64,000 nucleotides of DNA from Podarcis muralis (lineage: Eukaryota). The stretch is from the NCBI RefSeq assembly GCF_964188315.1, contig NC_135655.1, positions 81,158,001 to 81,222,000 on the forward strand, read 5' to 3'. The notes below the pieces were generated by a model, which saw only the letters and a list, made by a program, of their open reading frames with translations, was not told the origin of the DNA and searched no databases. Each line of letters begins with the position of its first letter. Within the stretch, counting starts at the first letter, position 1. Made by a program: the position numbers and the translations under genes. Positions 24,275 through 36,160 of the stretch are shown piece after piece.

Positions 24275-25080
24275 TGAATTTTATCAAACTTATTTTTGCT
24301 GTGACTGAGGACTCCTCCTAATATCCTCCTGATATAAAGCTCTTTTTCAACCAATGACTGTCTATTCCCTAATAAGAGGGACTGCTAAAGACTCTCAGTT
24401 TGTAGTGCATCATTGTTTTAGTAACAATTACCGTTCTTATTTCTGGACTATATTGCCACATATTTACCTAGGGCTCCAAAGTTTCTCAACACATACCCTG
24501 CCCCTTTCTGATTATTTATTTCACTTGGCCTCTATAGATCCTTAATACTATATGAAGACCATGTATCATATAATATACAGGGGAAGTTAAACATGATACT
24601 GTCTTCTCTTTTCCCCCCTGGATCACATATTCCTCTGAGGGCACCTTTATATAGGGCACCTGGTTTTCTGCTTCCTGCACCTTCTTGTTTGGATTGCCCT
24701 GCCTGAGATGTATGAGTTCTATATGTGATGTGGTCTCTTTCATGCAAAATTTTATGACTCCTGAAAATGCACAGAAAATATGGGATCTATCAGGTTCAGA
24801 ATACACAACAAAACCAGGGAAGGGTTATTGCTATGGTTTCATTATTCTAAAATTTTCCAATAATAATCCAGCAGAAACTTGGTCTCTTGTGAAGGTTGCA
24901 ATTTAATATTATTGCATAGAAGTATATTTTATAAAGCCTTAAAATTAAGTGTTTTTACTTGCAACATTTCTACTTCCAGTGTTTCAGCCACCATCTGAAG
25001 CACATGCACCACAGTATGAAAGCAGCTTGAGACTTGCTGCTCTCTGATCTTTAAAGTTTTGGCCTTCTTTACTCTTAATG

Positions 25081-25359
25081 GCGGTTCCCTCATTACGAGA
25101 AGCAAAGCTACAGGGAACCAGGCAGAGGGCCTTCTCGGTAGTGGCGCCCGCCCTGTGGAACGCCCTTCCAGCAGATGTCAAAGCGATAAACAACTACCTG
25201 ACATTCAGAAGACATCTTAAGGCAGCCCTGTTCAGGGAAGTTTTTAACGTGTGATATTTTACTGTATTTGTGGTTTTTATGGAAGCCGCCCAGAGTGGCT
25301 GGGGAGGCCCAGCCAGATGGGCGGGGTATAAATAATAAATTATTATTATTAAATTATTA
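25081..25359 (+). mobile_element. L2-type LINE 3' fragment
   Basis: RAFSVVAPALWNALP peptide, gggcggggtataaataataaa tail with (TTA)n, and ttaatg duplicated on both sides. Confidence 0.85.
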
Positions 25360-25438
25360 TTAATGATAGCTATGGGGAATGAGAAACAGGAGCACAAATT
25401 TCTTCTTTCCTAAAGTGTAGGAGCCTGGCTTTTGTATG

Positions 25439-25695
25439 TGTTATGTCCTGAAGTTCTCACCCTGGGCCAGCAGGGGGATACTATAGATAGTTATGCAAAT
25501 AAGGGATCGAAAGTGACTTTCAGTGATTGGATAGTTTTAGAAAATTTTTACAGTTACATTGTACTGGAGCTCTATATAAGCAGGCTGACTGAACCCTTCA
25601 GTTCTGTTCTGTTCTGTTCTGTTCTGGCCTGTGAATAAACAAGAGCTGTTTGAAGAATCGCTGTGTCGTCTGATATGTTCACCCACAACTTAACA
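25439..25695 (+). mobile_element. Solo LTR with 5-bp TSD
   Basis: TG...CA termini, TATATAA, AATAAA, and perfect TSD gtatg (25434-38, 25696-700). Confidence 0.92.
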
Positions 25696-27435
25696 GTATG
25701 AGAATGTGAGTGGTGGTGATGGACCACAAATAGTGGCAAAGTTCACAACCAGGGAATGAAGGGCTAAGAGAGCAGCTCTTTGGCACATCCATCTTGTTTC
25801 CTGGTTCTGAAGCTCTTCCTTTAGAAAGCATGCCAAGACCCTTAAGGGAGGGCGAGTGAGGAGAGAAATTTTCTTTCCTGAAGTGCAGGCATTAGCATTT
25901 ATGTGAGAGTGTGAACTCTCTTGTGGCTGTTCTTACACAGGAATGGAAGTGTGAAGTACTTGGGAGATAAAAAAGTAAGACTCTAACTATTGGTATAATC
26001 ACATGACTTCTCTGAGTGGTGAGAAGTTCTGGGAGGTGCTGTGTTCACCTGGGTTTAGATGCCTTTGGTAATAATTCACAGGAGAATTATGGCACTTTGT
26101 GACATTTCAGTTTATTTATTTAATATATGCATATACAAAATTTAGACTAGAGGCAGATTATTGTTTATTCACACACACACACACAAATACAGAAATAAGA
26201 AAATACAGAATAAGTAAATAAAATAAAATAAGTAAATACCAAAAATAATTACATATATGATAAATTTTACAATAAAACAAAAAGGTTGTAAGGATTCATA
26301 TTATGCTGGAATTTATTGTTCCAGAATGAAAAAGAGACTACCCGTCTACAAATCTATGTGATAGTTTGTTATTTGTTACTCTGAAAAATATTAATTTACC
26401 GGTAATCATTGTTTATATCCCAGATTTTCTCAAACCAGTGAGAAACTAAATGAGCTGTGGTCTGCCCCCCTTCTAGCAATACATATTTTTGCGGCCGAAT
26501 AGTTTGGTGCCACTTCTAAATATTGCTCCAGAGCTATGTTTCCCCCCCCCAAACATCCTAGTAAGAGGCATTTGAGATCATGTGATATTGAATTTCCAAT
26601 CAATTATTAAACTCCATAATTGCCTGCCCCCTTACACTGAATTATTGGACAGTCTGCTTGGAGGCAGTTACATCTCTAGAATTTTTTGGTGCTTTTGAAT
26701 AAATCTGATTCAATGTGTGTGGATCTTCGCAGAGACAGTATTAGTATAGTTATGTAAGAAAATTTATAAATGTCTCTCTCACCATTTTGCATAAGGTGTG
26801 GGGTTCATTAAATGATATGGGCATCTTGGCAGACACAGCCTCAGCTTCCACAGCCGCCGCCTGTCATGAACCACCACGGACAGGATTGGCAGAAACTGCA
26901 GCAGATACATTCTATGCTTAAGATAATATTCTATTCTCTTGTTAATTGTACTGGTTTAAGCGGTTTATATTTGACTTCCTTTAGTAACATTTTATTTTGA
27001 AATGCTTAGGGCATTTTTTGTTAACTGTGCTGCATTAGACATTCTTTCTGACCTCCTTCGTAATGTTTTATTTTGAAATCTTTAAAATAATGTCTTAGTT
27101 TCCTGTTAACTATGTTGCTTTGAATGTATATTTTATACATGGCTTTCATTGGTGATCTTTCATATTGGATTCTTCTGTCTGATATTTTAATGTGTTGTAA
27201 ACCGCTTTGAGATTATTTGCTTGAAAATATAAAGCAATATAGAAAGGAAAGGAATTATGATGATGACGAGAGTAGAATTGCATTGATTCCTCTCTCTTGT
27301 TACAATCTCACGTGACACCCTCTACCTATAGGTATTACCATGGGGCGAGATGCTGCATGGGGGTCGTACATTCGCTACTTCTCCTGCTATCAGCCTGTTG
27401 CTATCATCCCTATGGTCTAACTTTAATGAAGACTG

Positions 27436-28383
27436 CTAGCTGTCAAACTTTTTTGGGGGAAACACTCTTCTTCGAAAGGCTCTCCTCAGTGCCTCTTTCA
27501 GTTCCTTGTTTCTCATGCTATAGATCAGGGGGTTCAGTAGGGGAGTGACAAAGGTGTAGAACACAGACACCACTCGACCCTCCTGTGGTGAGTAGCTAGA
27601 GTTGGGCCGTAAGTATATGAAACTGCAACAGCCATACTGTAAGAGGACAACCATCAAGTGGGAGGAGCATGTGGAGAAAGCTTTTTGCTGGCCTTCAGCA
27701 GAACGGATTTGCAAAATGGCTACCGCAATGAAGCCATATGAGATACAGATTAGAAGGAAGGGTATTGTGATGACTACAACACTAACTATGAAAATAGCAG
27801 CTTGATGGATTTGGATGTCACTACAACCCAACTGCAGAATGACTGGGACATCACAAAAGAAGTGATTGATTTCATTTTGGCCACAGAATGGCAAGCGGAA
27901 AATAAGGATGGTCAGTTTTAGAGACAACAGAAAGCCCAGCAGCCAGGATACCACGACAAGGGAAGTACATACTGTTTTGTTCATGATGAGCATGTAGCGC
28001 AGTGGATGACAAATTGCCACGTATCTATCGTATGCCATGATGGCCAGTAGGACACAGTCAGCTCCTCCCAGGAAGACAAAGAAGAACATTTGGGTTCCAC
28101 AGCCACTTAAGGAAATGGTGGCACTTTTCCTGGACAGAAGGTTGGCCAAAGCCAATGGAGCAATGGCAGAGGTGTAGCAGATCTCCAGAGCTGCCAGGTT
28201 GCCCAAGAAAAAATACATGGGGTTATGGAGAGAGTGGTCGACATGGACAATAAGCACGACAGCAGCGTTCCCACAGAGGCTGAGGACGTAGAGGAGCAGA
28301 AAGAGAAGGAAAATGAGCAGCTGTGTCTCAAGCAAGGTTGAGAAGGGACGGAAATAGAATTCAGTATGGTTTTCATATCCCAT
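27436..28383 (-). CDS. OR10V1: Olfactory receptor OR-D, OR10V1-like, intact, 315 aa
   Basis: GCGTQMFFFVFLGGADCVLL, MAYDRYVAICHPLRY and KAFSTCSSHL; acceptor ttttcccttcag 18 nt upstream of the ATG. Confidence 0.95.
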   Translation of the reverse strand: MGYENHTEFYFRPFSTLLETQLLIFLLFLLLYVLSLCGNAAVVLIVHVDHSLHNPMYFFLGNLAALEICYTSAIAPLALANLLSRKSATISLSGCGTQMFFFVFLGGADCVLLAIMAYDRYVAICHPLRYMLIMNKTVCTSLVVVSWLLGFLLSLKLTILIFRLPFCGQNEINHFFCDVPVILQLGCSDIQIHQAAIFIVSVVVITIPFLLICISYGFIAVAILQIRSAEGQQKAFSTCSSHLMVVLLQYGCCSFIYLRPNSSYSPQEGRVVSVFYTFVTPLLNPLIYSMRNKELKEALRRAFRRRVFPPKKFDS

Positions 28384-29715
28384 GAAGATGGTAAAGAGGA
28401 CCTGAAGGGAAAATAAAGATCTGAGTCAACGAGTTACCTTAGCCCAGCAGTGAGGATACACTCGTACTGAAACCTTACTTTCTAAAATAAAGTGTCTGCA
28501 CCAACTCTTTTCTTTTCTTTGTAAAAGGTTATATAGAACATTCAGATGGGGAGCATTCCTTCAGCAATCCATTTTATTTTTCCTCAGAGGACTGGACTTC
28601 CTGTACTGGTACAATTCATATATTAAACTTGCCCCTCTTTTTGGAGACATTATTCAAATATAAGTATGCTTGGTTAATGTTTTGCACATTATGGTCCAAA
28701 AGAGTTATTTGCTCTTGTCAATTAAATGGCAAAACAGTATTTTACTTAAGTTTGCATATCATGGCTGATTTCGAAATACAAATTCAACTTGAACCGAAAC
28801 AGAAGATATATGCAATAATGATTGGAAGACAGTGACATGAGCTACTTAGACTTCTGTGGTTCTTGGCATTAGTGAATCAATTTTTTGCCATTATAAGTTA
28901 GAAGGGGAACAGCAATTGACTTTACATGCTATCTGGAGTGTTGTGCTTCATCTGTGTGTGCTTCTTGCTATGCTTCATCCACAGCACTGGAGGCAACATG
29001 CCATGTGACAAACTGGACTCTTTTTAATTGTTTCCACTTGCAAAATTTTCACTTTGCATTGGAAGCTCTGCTCTATCAATAGATGTGGGTGTTAGTACTC
29101 CAAGCTAAATTTATGGAGTTGAATTTAACCCTGTATCTTTTTAACCTTCTCTGAGGAGTACAGTACAATTGTTTATTCCACTATAACTATACAGACAAAC
29201 ATACAAAGTTAACCATTCAGGTTCGTAGCATTCATGCTAAGATAAAATTTAGGCAAAATGCCCAATTAATGGATAAAGGCAGATAGGCATATTACATGTA
29301 GCCCAGTTGACCGAGTTCAATGGGAAATGCACACTGGGTTGGAACCTTGGCTCAAGTAATTTTGAAGCACATTAGATGTGACAGCAAAGCACCAATGTAC
29401 TCTAAGAAAATATCTCCAGACAATTCTGTTCATGGGATCTAGTGCTCATCTAAGCTGGAATGGGGAGTCTTCTGGCTCTGATAATGTGGCCGTTCCAGTG
29501 GAGTATGCAGCTGATTGTAGGGGAAGTAGATCACATTTTAAAAAATAAAATAAAGTAGCCAAACCTCTTCAGAAAAGCACTGGATGTGAAATCCACACAG
29601 ATTCATTTGTCAAGTTTAGGATATGTTAAGGATCTTATTCAATCAAAATATTGAAAGTCAATGAACAAGAACTGATGGCTGAAAGCACCTGCTCCATTTA
29701 ATGTGTTTATGATCG

Positions 29716-29786
29716 AGTGACGGACTGACTCACTGATTGTTTGTTTGTTTGTTTGATTGATTGATTGATTGAATGAATGAATGAAT
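29716..29786. repeat. Compound tetranucleotide microsatellite (GACT/GTTT/GATT/GAAT); shorter paralog ~35144-35172
   Basis: Seen directly; probably the tail of an old minus-strand LINE. Confidence 0.85.
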
Positions 29787-30621
29787 CTTTATGTGCAGCA
29801 GCCACCAGCCATAGCAATAAAACAAACAAAATGCGGTATACAGAGGATAAAGGCAAATAGTCAATTATATAAAATACATTTTGGGGGTTTGGATCAATAG
29901 TCAAATACCGGATCTTATTCTAATTGCCCCAGCTAAAAACCTTGCAACCTTTGCTGTCATCTGCTCATCTTGATCTGCCAAAAGAAACTACACTGTAACA
30001 GTAGTTGGACGACCCAGAATGGACAAAAATAGAGGGTGATAACCTCACTCCTCAAATCTTTATAAAATGTGCAAGCCAGAAGGACATGGACCACCGATTC
30101 AGTACTGCCATCTCAATGAGTTTATGGTTAAATCATGGTTCACAAGGAAAAGAATTTAGAAAACAAATTGCAGTTAGCTGAAGAATGAACAAGTATCTGC
30201 TTTTCCATTTATTAGGAACAATTCCAACAGTATTTTGGCTATGATCTGGAAAAACCTGAAACTTCTTCTGCCTTTTCTTTTTCACTGCACTGTCTTGTTT
30301 TGTACAAACCGTACAATTCAACCACATTCCCCATGTCCCAGAAAAAAGAATCCTTGGAACTGTACATTTTACCCATCACAGGGGTACAATTCCCAGCACC
30401 CTTAAACTGCAGTTCCTGGCATGGTGGGGACATGCTATACATGCCCTTTACATGTATGATGTCTATGCAACCTATGCATTTTGATTCTAGAGTCTGGAAT
30501 CTCATACACTAAGGATGAAAAAAAGGAGAATGCATGCTGAATAGAAAACATGCTGAATAGAGAATGAAAGGCTTATGAAGTAGGCAAGTGAACAGAATCC
30601 ACATCCACAGAAATGACCTAC

Positions 30622-30760
30622 TTGGATACTCCTGGTGCTGGACTGCCAAGGGAAATCTGAAGGCATTTGCTGTTGCTCTTCAACTAGAAAGGGAAATGCG
30701 AGTGGTGGTGATGGACCACGAATAGTGGCAAAGTTCACAACTGCTCCTTTCACAATGAAT
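30622..30760 (-). other. Putative non-coding first exon of OR-D
   Basis: Minus-strand donor ccaa|gtaggt at 30622; the paralogous site for OR-E is the consensus ccaa|gtaagt. Upstream boundary approximate. Confidence 0.45.
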
Positions 30761-32308
30761 AGTGGCAAAGTTCACAATCAGGGAAGGAAGGGCTAAGAGA
30801 GCAGCACTTTGGCTCATCCATTTGGTTTCCTGGTTCTGAAGCTCTTCCTTTAGAAAGCATGCCAAGACCCTTAAGGGAGCGAGAGTGAGGAGAGAAATTT
30901 TCTTTCCTGAAGTGAAGGCATTAGGATTTATGTGAGAGAGTGAACTCTCTTGTGGCTGTTCTTACACAGGAATGGAAGTGTGAAGTACTTGATGATAAAA
31001 AAGTAAGACTCTAACTATTGGTATACACACATGACTTCTCTTAGAAGTTCTGGGAGATGCAGTGTTCACCTGGGTTTAGATGCCTTTGGTAATAATTCAC
31101 AGGAGAATTATGGCGCTTCAAGACATTTCAGTTTATTTAATATATACATACATACAGAATCTTAGACTAGAGGCAGATTATAAGTAAATACAGAATAAGT
31201 AAATAAAATAAGTTAATACCAAAAATAATTACATATATGATACATTTTACAATAAAGCAAAAAGGTTGCAAGGATTAATATTATGCTGGAATTTATTGTT
31301 CCAGAATGAAAAAGAGACTACCCTTCTACAAATCTATGTGATAGTTTGTTATTTGTTACTCTGAAACATATCAATTTAATCATTGTTTACACCCCAGATT
31401 TTCTCAAACCAGTGAGAGACTAAATGAGCTGTGGTCTGCCCCCCGCCCAGCAATACATATTTTTGCGGCCAAATAGTTTGGTGCCACTTCTAAATATTGC
31501 TCCAGAGCTATGTTTTTCCCCCCAAACATCCTAGTAAGAGGCATTTGAGATCATGTGATATTGAATTTCCAATCAATTATTAAATTCCATAATTGCCTGC
31601 CCCCTTACACTGAATTATTGGACAGTCTGCTTGGAGGCAGTTACATCTCTAGAATTTTTTGTGCTTTTGAATAAATCTGATTCAATGTGTGTGGATCTCC
31701 ACAGAGACAGTATTAGTATAGTTATGTAAGAAAATGTACAAATACCTCTCTCACCATTTTGCATAAGGTGTGGGGTTCATTAAATGATATGGCCATCTTG
31801 GCAGACACAGCCTCAGCTTCCACAGCCGCCGCCTGTCATGAACCACCACGGACAGGATTGGCAGAAACTGCAGCAGAGACATTCTATGCTTAAGATAATA
31901 TTCTATTCTCTTGTTAATTGTACTAGTTTAAGCGGTTTATATTTGACTACCTTTACTAACATTTAATTTTGAAATGCTTAAGGTATTTTTTGTAAAATTT
32001 GCTGCATTAGACATTCATTCTGACCTCCTTCGTAATGTTTTATTTTGAAATCGTTAAGATAATGTCTTAGTTTCCTGTTATTATGTTGCTTTGAATGTAT
32101 ATTTTATATGTGGCTTTCATTGGTAATCTTTTATACTGGATTGTTCTGTCTGATATTTTAATGTGTTGTAAACCGCTTTGAGATTATTTGCTTGAAAATA
32201 TAAAGCAATATAGAAAGGAAAGGAATTATGATTATGATGACGACCGTAGAATTGCATTGAGTTCCTCTCCCTTGTTACAATCTTGCGTGACACCCCCTAC
32301 CTATAGGG

Positions 32309-32457
32309 CAGTGCTTTTTTTCTGGGAGGACACAGTGGTACGCATACCAGTAAACATTTTGTGAATCTAAGTTTGGCCTCGTTGAAGGGCAGTATTTCAA
32401 TATGAGTAGGAAAATGAGAGTAACCCTAAACATTTTTTTAAGAAAAATAAAGCACTG
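32309..32457. mobile_element. hAT-type MITE, 149 bp
   Basis: TIRs cagtgcttttttt / aaaataaagcactg; imperfect flank duplication ctataggg / (a)ccataggg; absent from unit 1. Confidence 0.75.
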
Positions 32458-32488
32458 ACCATAGGGCCAGACGCTGCATGGGGGTTGC

Positions 32489-32814
32489 CATTGCCGGATT
32501 TATGTATAAGCTAAACAAGGTATAGCTTAGGGCACCACTCTTTTGGGGGCCCCCAAAAAAATTAAAGGAAAAAAACAACTGGATGTACATTTCCAAAATA
32601 TAAGATATAAAAAAAAAGAAAAGAAAACCTACATACAGCAACAATGTTTTGTTTTGTTTTGTGTTGTGTTGCGTAGGTCCATAAATTACCATTTAGCATA
32701 TATTCAGCACAAAAAACAGCAACAATTTGTTGTTGACAAAGGACAGCTGGACATATAAAAGGCCCCATTACCTTCAGTAGCTATGGGGCCTCATCAAACC
32801 TAAATCTGGCCCTG
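32489..32814. mobile_element. hAT-type MITE, 326 bp
   Basis: TIRs cattgccggattta / taaatctggccctg; 8-bp TSD ggggttgc / ggggttgt; single empty site ggggtcgt at 27360-27367 in unit 1. Confidence 0.82.
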
Positions 32815-32883
32815 GGGGTTGTACCTACCTCTGCTGCCTAGCCTGTTGCTATCATCCCTATGGTCTAACTTTAATGAAGACTG

Positions 32884-33831
32884 CTAGCTGTCAAACTTTT
32901 TGGGGGGAAACACTCTTCTTCGAAAGGCTCTCCTCAGTGCCTCTTTCAGTTCCTTGTTTCTCATGCTATAGATCAGGGGGTTCAGTAGGGGAGTGACAAA
33001 GGTGTAGACCACAGAAACCACTCGCCCCTCCTGTGGTGAGTAGCTAGAGTTGGGCCGTAAGTATATGAAACTGCAACAGCCATACTGTAAGAGGACTACC
33101 ATCAAGTGGGAGGAGCATGTGGAGAAAGCTTTTTGCTGGCCTTCAGCAGAACGGATTTGCAAAATGGCCACTGCAATGAAGATATATGAGATACAGATTA
33201 GAAGGAAGGGTATGGTGAGGACTACAACACTAACTATGAAGAGAACAGCTTGGTGAATGTGGGTGTCACTACAAGCCAACTGCAGAATGACTGGGATATC
33301 ACAAAAGAAATGATTGATTGCATTTTGGCCACAGAATGGTAAGCGGAAAATAAGGATTGTCAGCTGTAGAGACAACAGAAAGCCCAGCAGCCAGGATGCC
33401 GCTACGAGGGAAGTACATACTGTTTTGTTCATGATGAGCATGTAGCGCAGTGGATGACAAATTGCCACGTATCTATCGTATGCCATGATGGCCAGTAAGA
33501 CACAGTCAGCTCCTCCCAGGAAGACAAAGAAGAACATTTGGGTTCCACAGCCACTTAAGGATATGGTGGCACTTTTCCTGGACAGAAGGTTGGCCAAAGC
33601 CAATGGAGCAATGGCAGAAGAGTAGCAGATCTCCAGAGCTGCCAGGTTGCCCAAGAAAAAATACATGGGGTTATGGAGAGAGTGGTCGACATGGACAATA
33701 AGTACGACAGCAGCGTTCCCACAGAGGCTGAGGACGTAGAGGAGCAGAAAGAGAAGGAAAATGGCCAGCTGTGTCTCAAGCAAGGTTGAGAAGGGACGGA
33801 AATAGAATTCAGTATGGTTTTCATATCCCAT
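32884..33831 (-). CDS. OR10V1: Olfactory receptor OR-E, OR10V1-like, intact, 315 aa
   Basis: Tandem duplicate of OR-D with 15 aa differences; all motifs intact. Confidence 0.95.
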   Translation of the reverse strand: MGYENHTEFYFRPFSTLLETQLAIFLLFLLLYVLSLCGNAAVVLIVHVDHSLHNPMYFFLGNLAALEICYSSAIAPLALANLLSRKSATISLSGCGTQMFFFVFLGGADCVLLAIMAYDRYVAICHPLRYMLIMNKTVCTSLVAASWLLGFLLSLQLTILIFRLPFCGQNAINHFFCDIPVILQLACSDTHIHQAVLFIVSVVVLTIPFLLICISYIFIAVAILQIRSAEGQQKAFSTCSSHLMVVLLQYGCCSFIYLRPNSSYSPQEGRVVSVVYTFVTPLLNPLIYSMRNKELKEALRRAFRRRVFPPKKFDS

Positions 33832-36021
33832 GAAGATGGTAAAGAGGACCTGAAGGGAAAATAAAGATCTGACTCAATGAGGATATGCTCATACTGCAAC
33901 CTTGCTTCCTAAAATAACTGTCTGCACCAACTCTATTCTGTTCTTAGTACAAGGTTATATAGAACATTCAGATGGGGAGCATTCCTTCAGCAATCTATTT
34001 TATTTTTCCTCAGAGGTCTGGACTTCCTGTATTGGTACAATTCATACATTATATTTGCTTCTCTTTTTGGAGGCATTATTCAATATAAGTTTGCTTGGTT
34101 AATGTTTTGCACATTATTGTCCAAAAGAGTCATTTGCTCTTGTCAATGAAATGTCAAAATAGTATTTTACTTAAGTGTGCATATCATGGCCGATTTCGGA
34201 ATACACATTCAACTTGAACCGAAACAGAAGATATGTGTAATAATGACTGGAAGACAGTGACATGAGCTACTTAGACTTCTATGGTTCTTGGCATCAGCCA
34301 ATCAATTTTTTGCCATTATAAGTTAGAAGGGGAACTGCAATTGACCTTACATGCTATCTGGAGTGTTGTGCTTCACCTGTGTGTGCTTCTTGCTGTGTTT
34401 CATCCACAGCACTGAAGGCAACATGCCATGTGACAAACTGGACTCTTTTTAATTGTTTGCACTTGTGAAATTTACACTTTCCATTGGAAGCTATGCTCCA
34501 TCAGTAGATGTGGGTGTTTGTACTCCAAGCTAAATTTATGGAGTTGAATTTAACCCTCTATCTTTTTAACCTTCTCTGATGAGTACAGTACAATTGTTTA
34601 TCCCACTATAACTATACAGACAAACATACAAAGTTAACCATTCAGGTTTGTAGCATTCATGCTACGATAAAATTTTTAGGCAAAATGCCCAATTAATGGA
34701 TGAAGGCAGATAGGCATTTTACATGTAGCCCAGTTGACTGAGTTCAATGGGAAATGCACACTGGGTTGGAACCTTGGCTCAAGTAATTTTGAAGCACATT
34801 AGATGCGACAGCAAAACACCAATGTACTCTAAGAAAATATCTCCAGACAATTCTGTTCATGGCATCTAGTGCTCATCTAAGCTGCAATGGGGAGTTTTCT
34901 GGCTCTGATAATGTGGCTGTTCCAATGGAGTATGCATCTGATTGTGGGGGAAGTAGATCATACTTTAGAAAATAAAATAAAGTAGCCAAACCTCTTCAGA
35001 AAAGCACTGGATGTGAAATCCACATGGATACATTTGTCAAGTTTAGGATATGTTAAGGATCTTATTCAATCAAAACATTGAAAGTCAATGAACAGGATCA
35101 GATGGGTGAAAGCACCTGCTCCATTTAATATGTTTATGATTTGCTGACTGATTGATTGATTGATTGATTGAATAAATCTTTATGTGCATCAGCCACCAGC
35201 CATAGCAATAAAACAAACAAAATGTGGTATACAGAGTATAAAGGTAAAAAATCAATTATATAAAATACATTTTGTGGGTTTGGATCAATAGTCAAATACT
35301 GGATCTTATTCTAATTGCCCCAGCTAAAAACCTTGCAACCTTTGCTGTCATTTCCTCATCTTGATCTGCCAAAAGAAACTACACTGTAACAGTAGTTGGA
35401 CAACCCAGAATGGACAAGAATAGAGGGGTGATAACCTCACTCCCCAAATCTTTATAAAGTGTGCAAGCCAGAAGGACATGGGCCACCGATTCAGTACTGC
35501 CATCTCAATGTGTTTATGGTTAAATCATGGTTAACAAGGAAAAGAAATTTAGAAAACAAATTGCAGTTAGCTGAAGAATGAACAAGTATCTGCATTTCCA
35601 TTTATTCAGAACAACGTCAACAGTATTTTGGCTATGATCAAGAAAAATCTGAAGCTTCTTCTCCCTTTTCCTTTTCACTGCACAGTCTGGTTTTATACAC
35701 ACCATACATTTCAACCACATTCCCCATGTCCCAGAAAAAAGGAATCCTTGGAACTGTACATTTTACCCATCCATCACACAGGTACATTTCCCAGCACCCT
35801 TAAACTGCAGTTCCTAGGATGGTGGGGAACATCCTATACATGCCCTTTACATGTATGATGTCTATACAACCTATGCATTTTGATTCTAGAGTCTGTAATC
35901 TCATACACTAAGGATGAAAGAAAAGGAGAATGCATGCTGAATAGAAAACATGTTGAATAGAGAATGAAAGGCTTATGAAGTAGGCAAGTGAACAGAATCC
36001 ACATCCACAGAAATGACTTAC

Positions 36022-36160
36022 TTGGATACTCCTGGTGCTGGACTGCCAAGGGAAATCTGAAGGCATTTGCTGTTGCTCTTCAACCAGAAAGGGAAATGCG
36101 AGTGGTGGTGATGGACCACGAATAGTGGCAAAGTTCACAACTGCTCCTTTCACAACGAAT
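36022..36160 (-). other. Putative non-coding first exon of OR-E
   Basis: Minus-strand consensus donor ccaa|GTAAGT at 36022. Upstream boundary approximate. Confidence 0.5.

Noticed and set aside
23500-24350. Faint ancient L1 RT remnant (FDKI..W-like) around the young L1 insertion
   Set aside because: Needs several frameshifts to read; cannot be supported without an HMM search.
30718-30780. Repeat-spacer-repeat gaatagtggcaaagttcacaa (also at ~36118-36178)
   Set aside because: Two-unit local slippage duplication in a eukaryote; not a CRISPR array.
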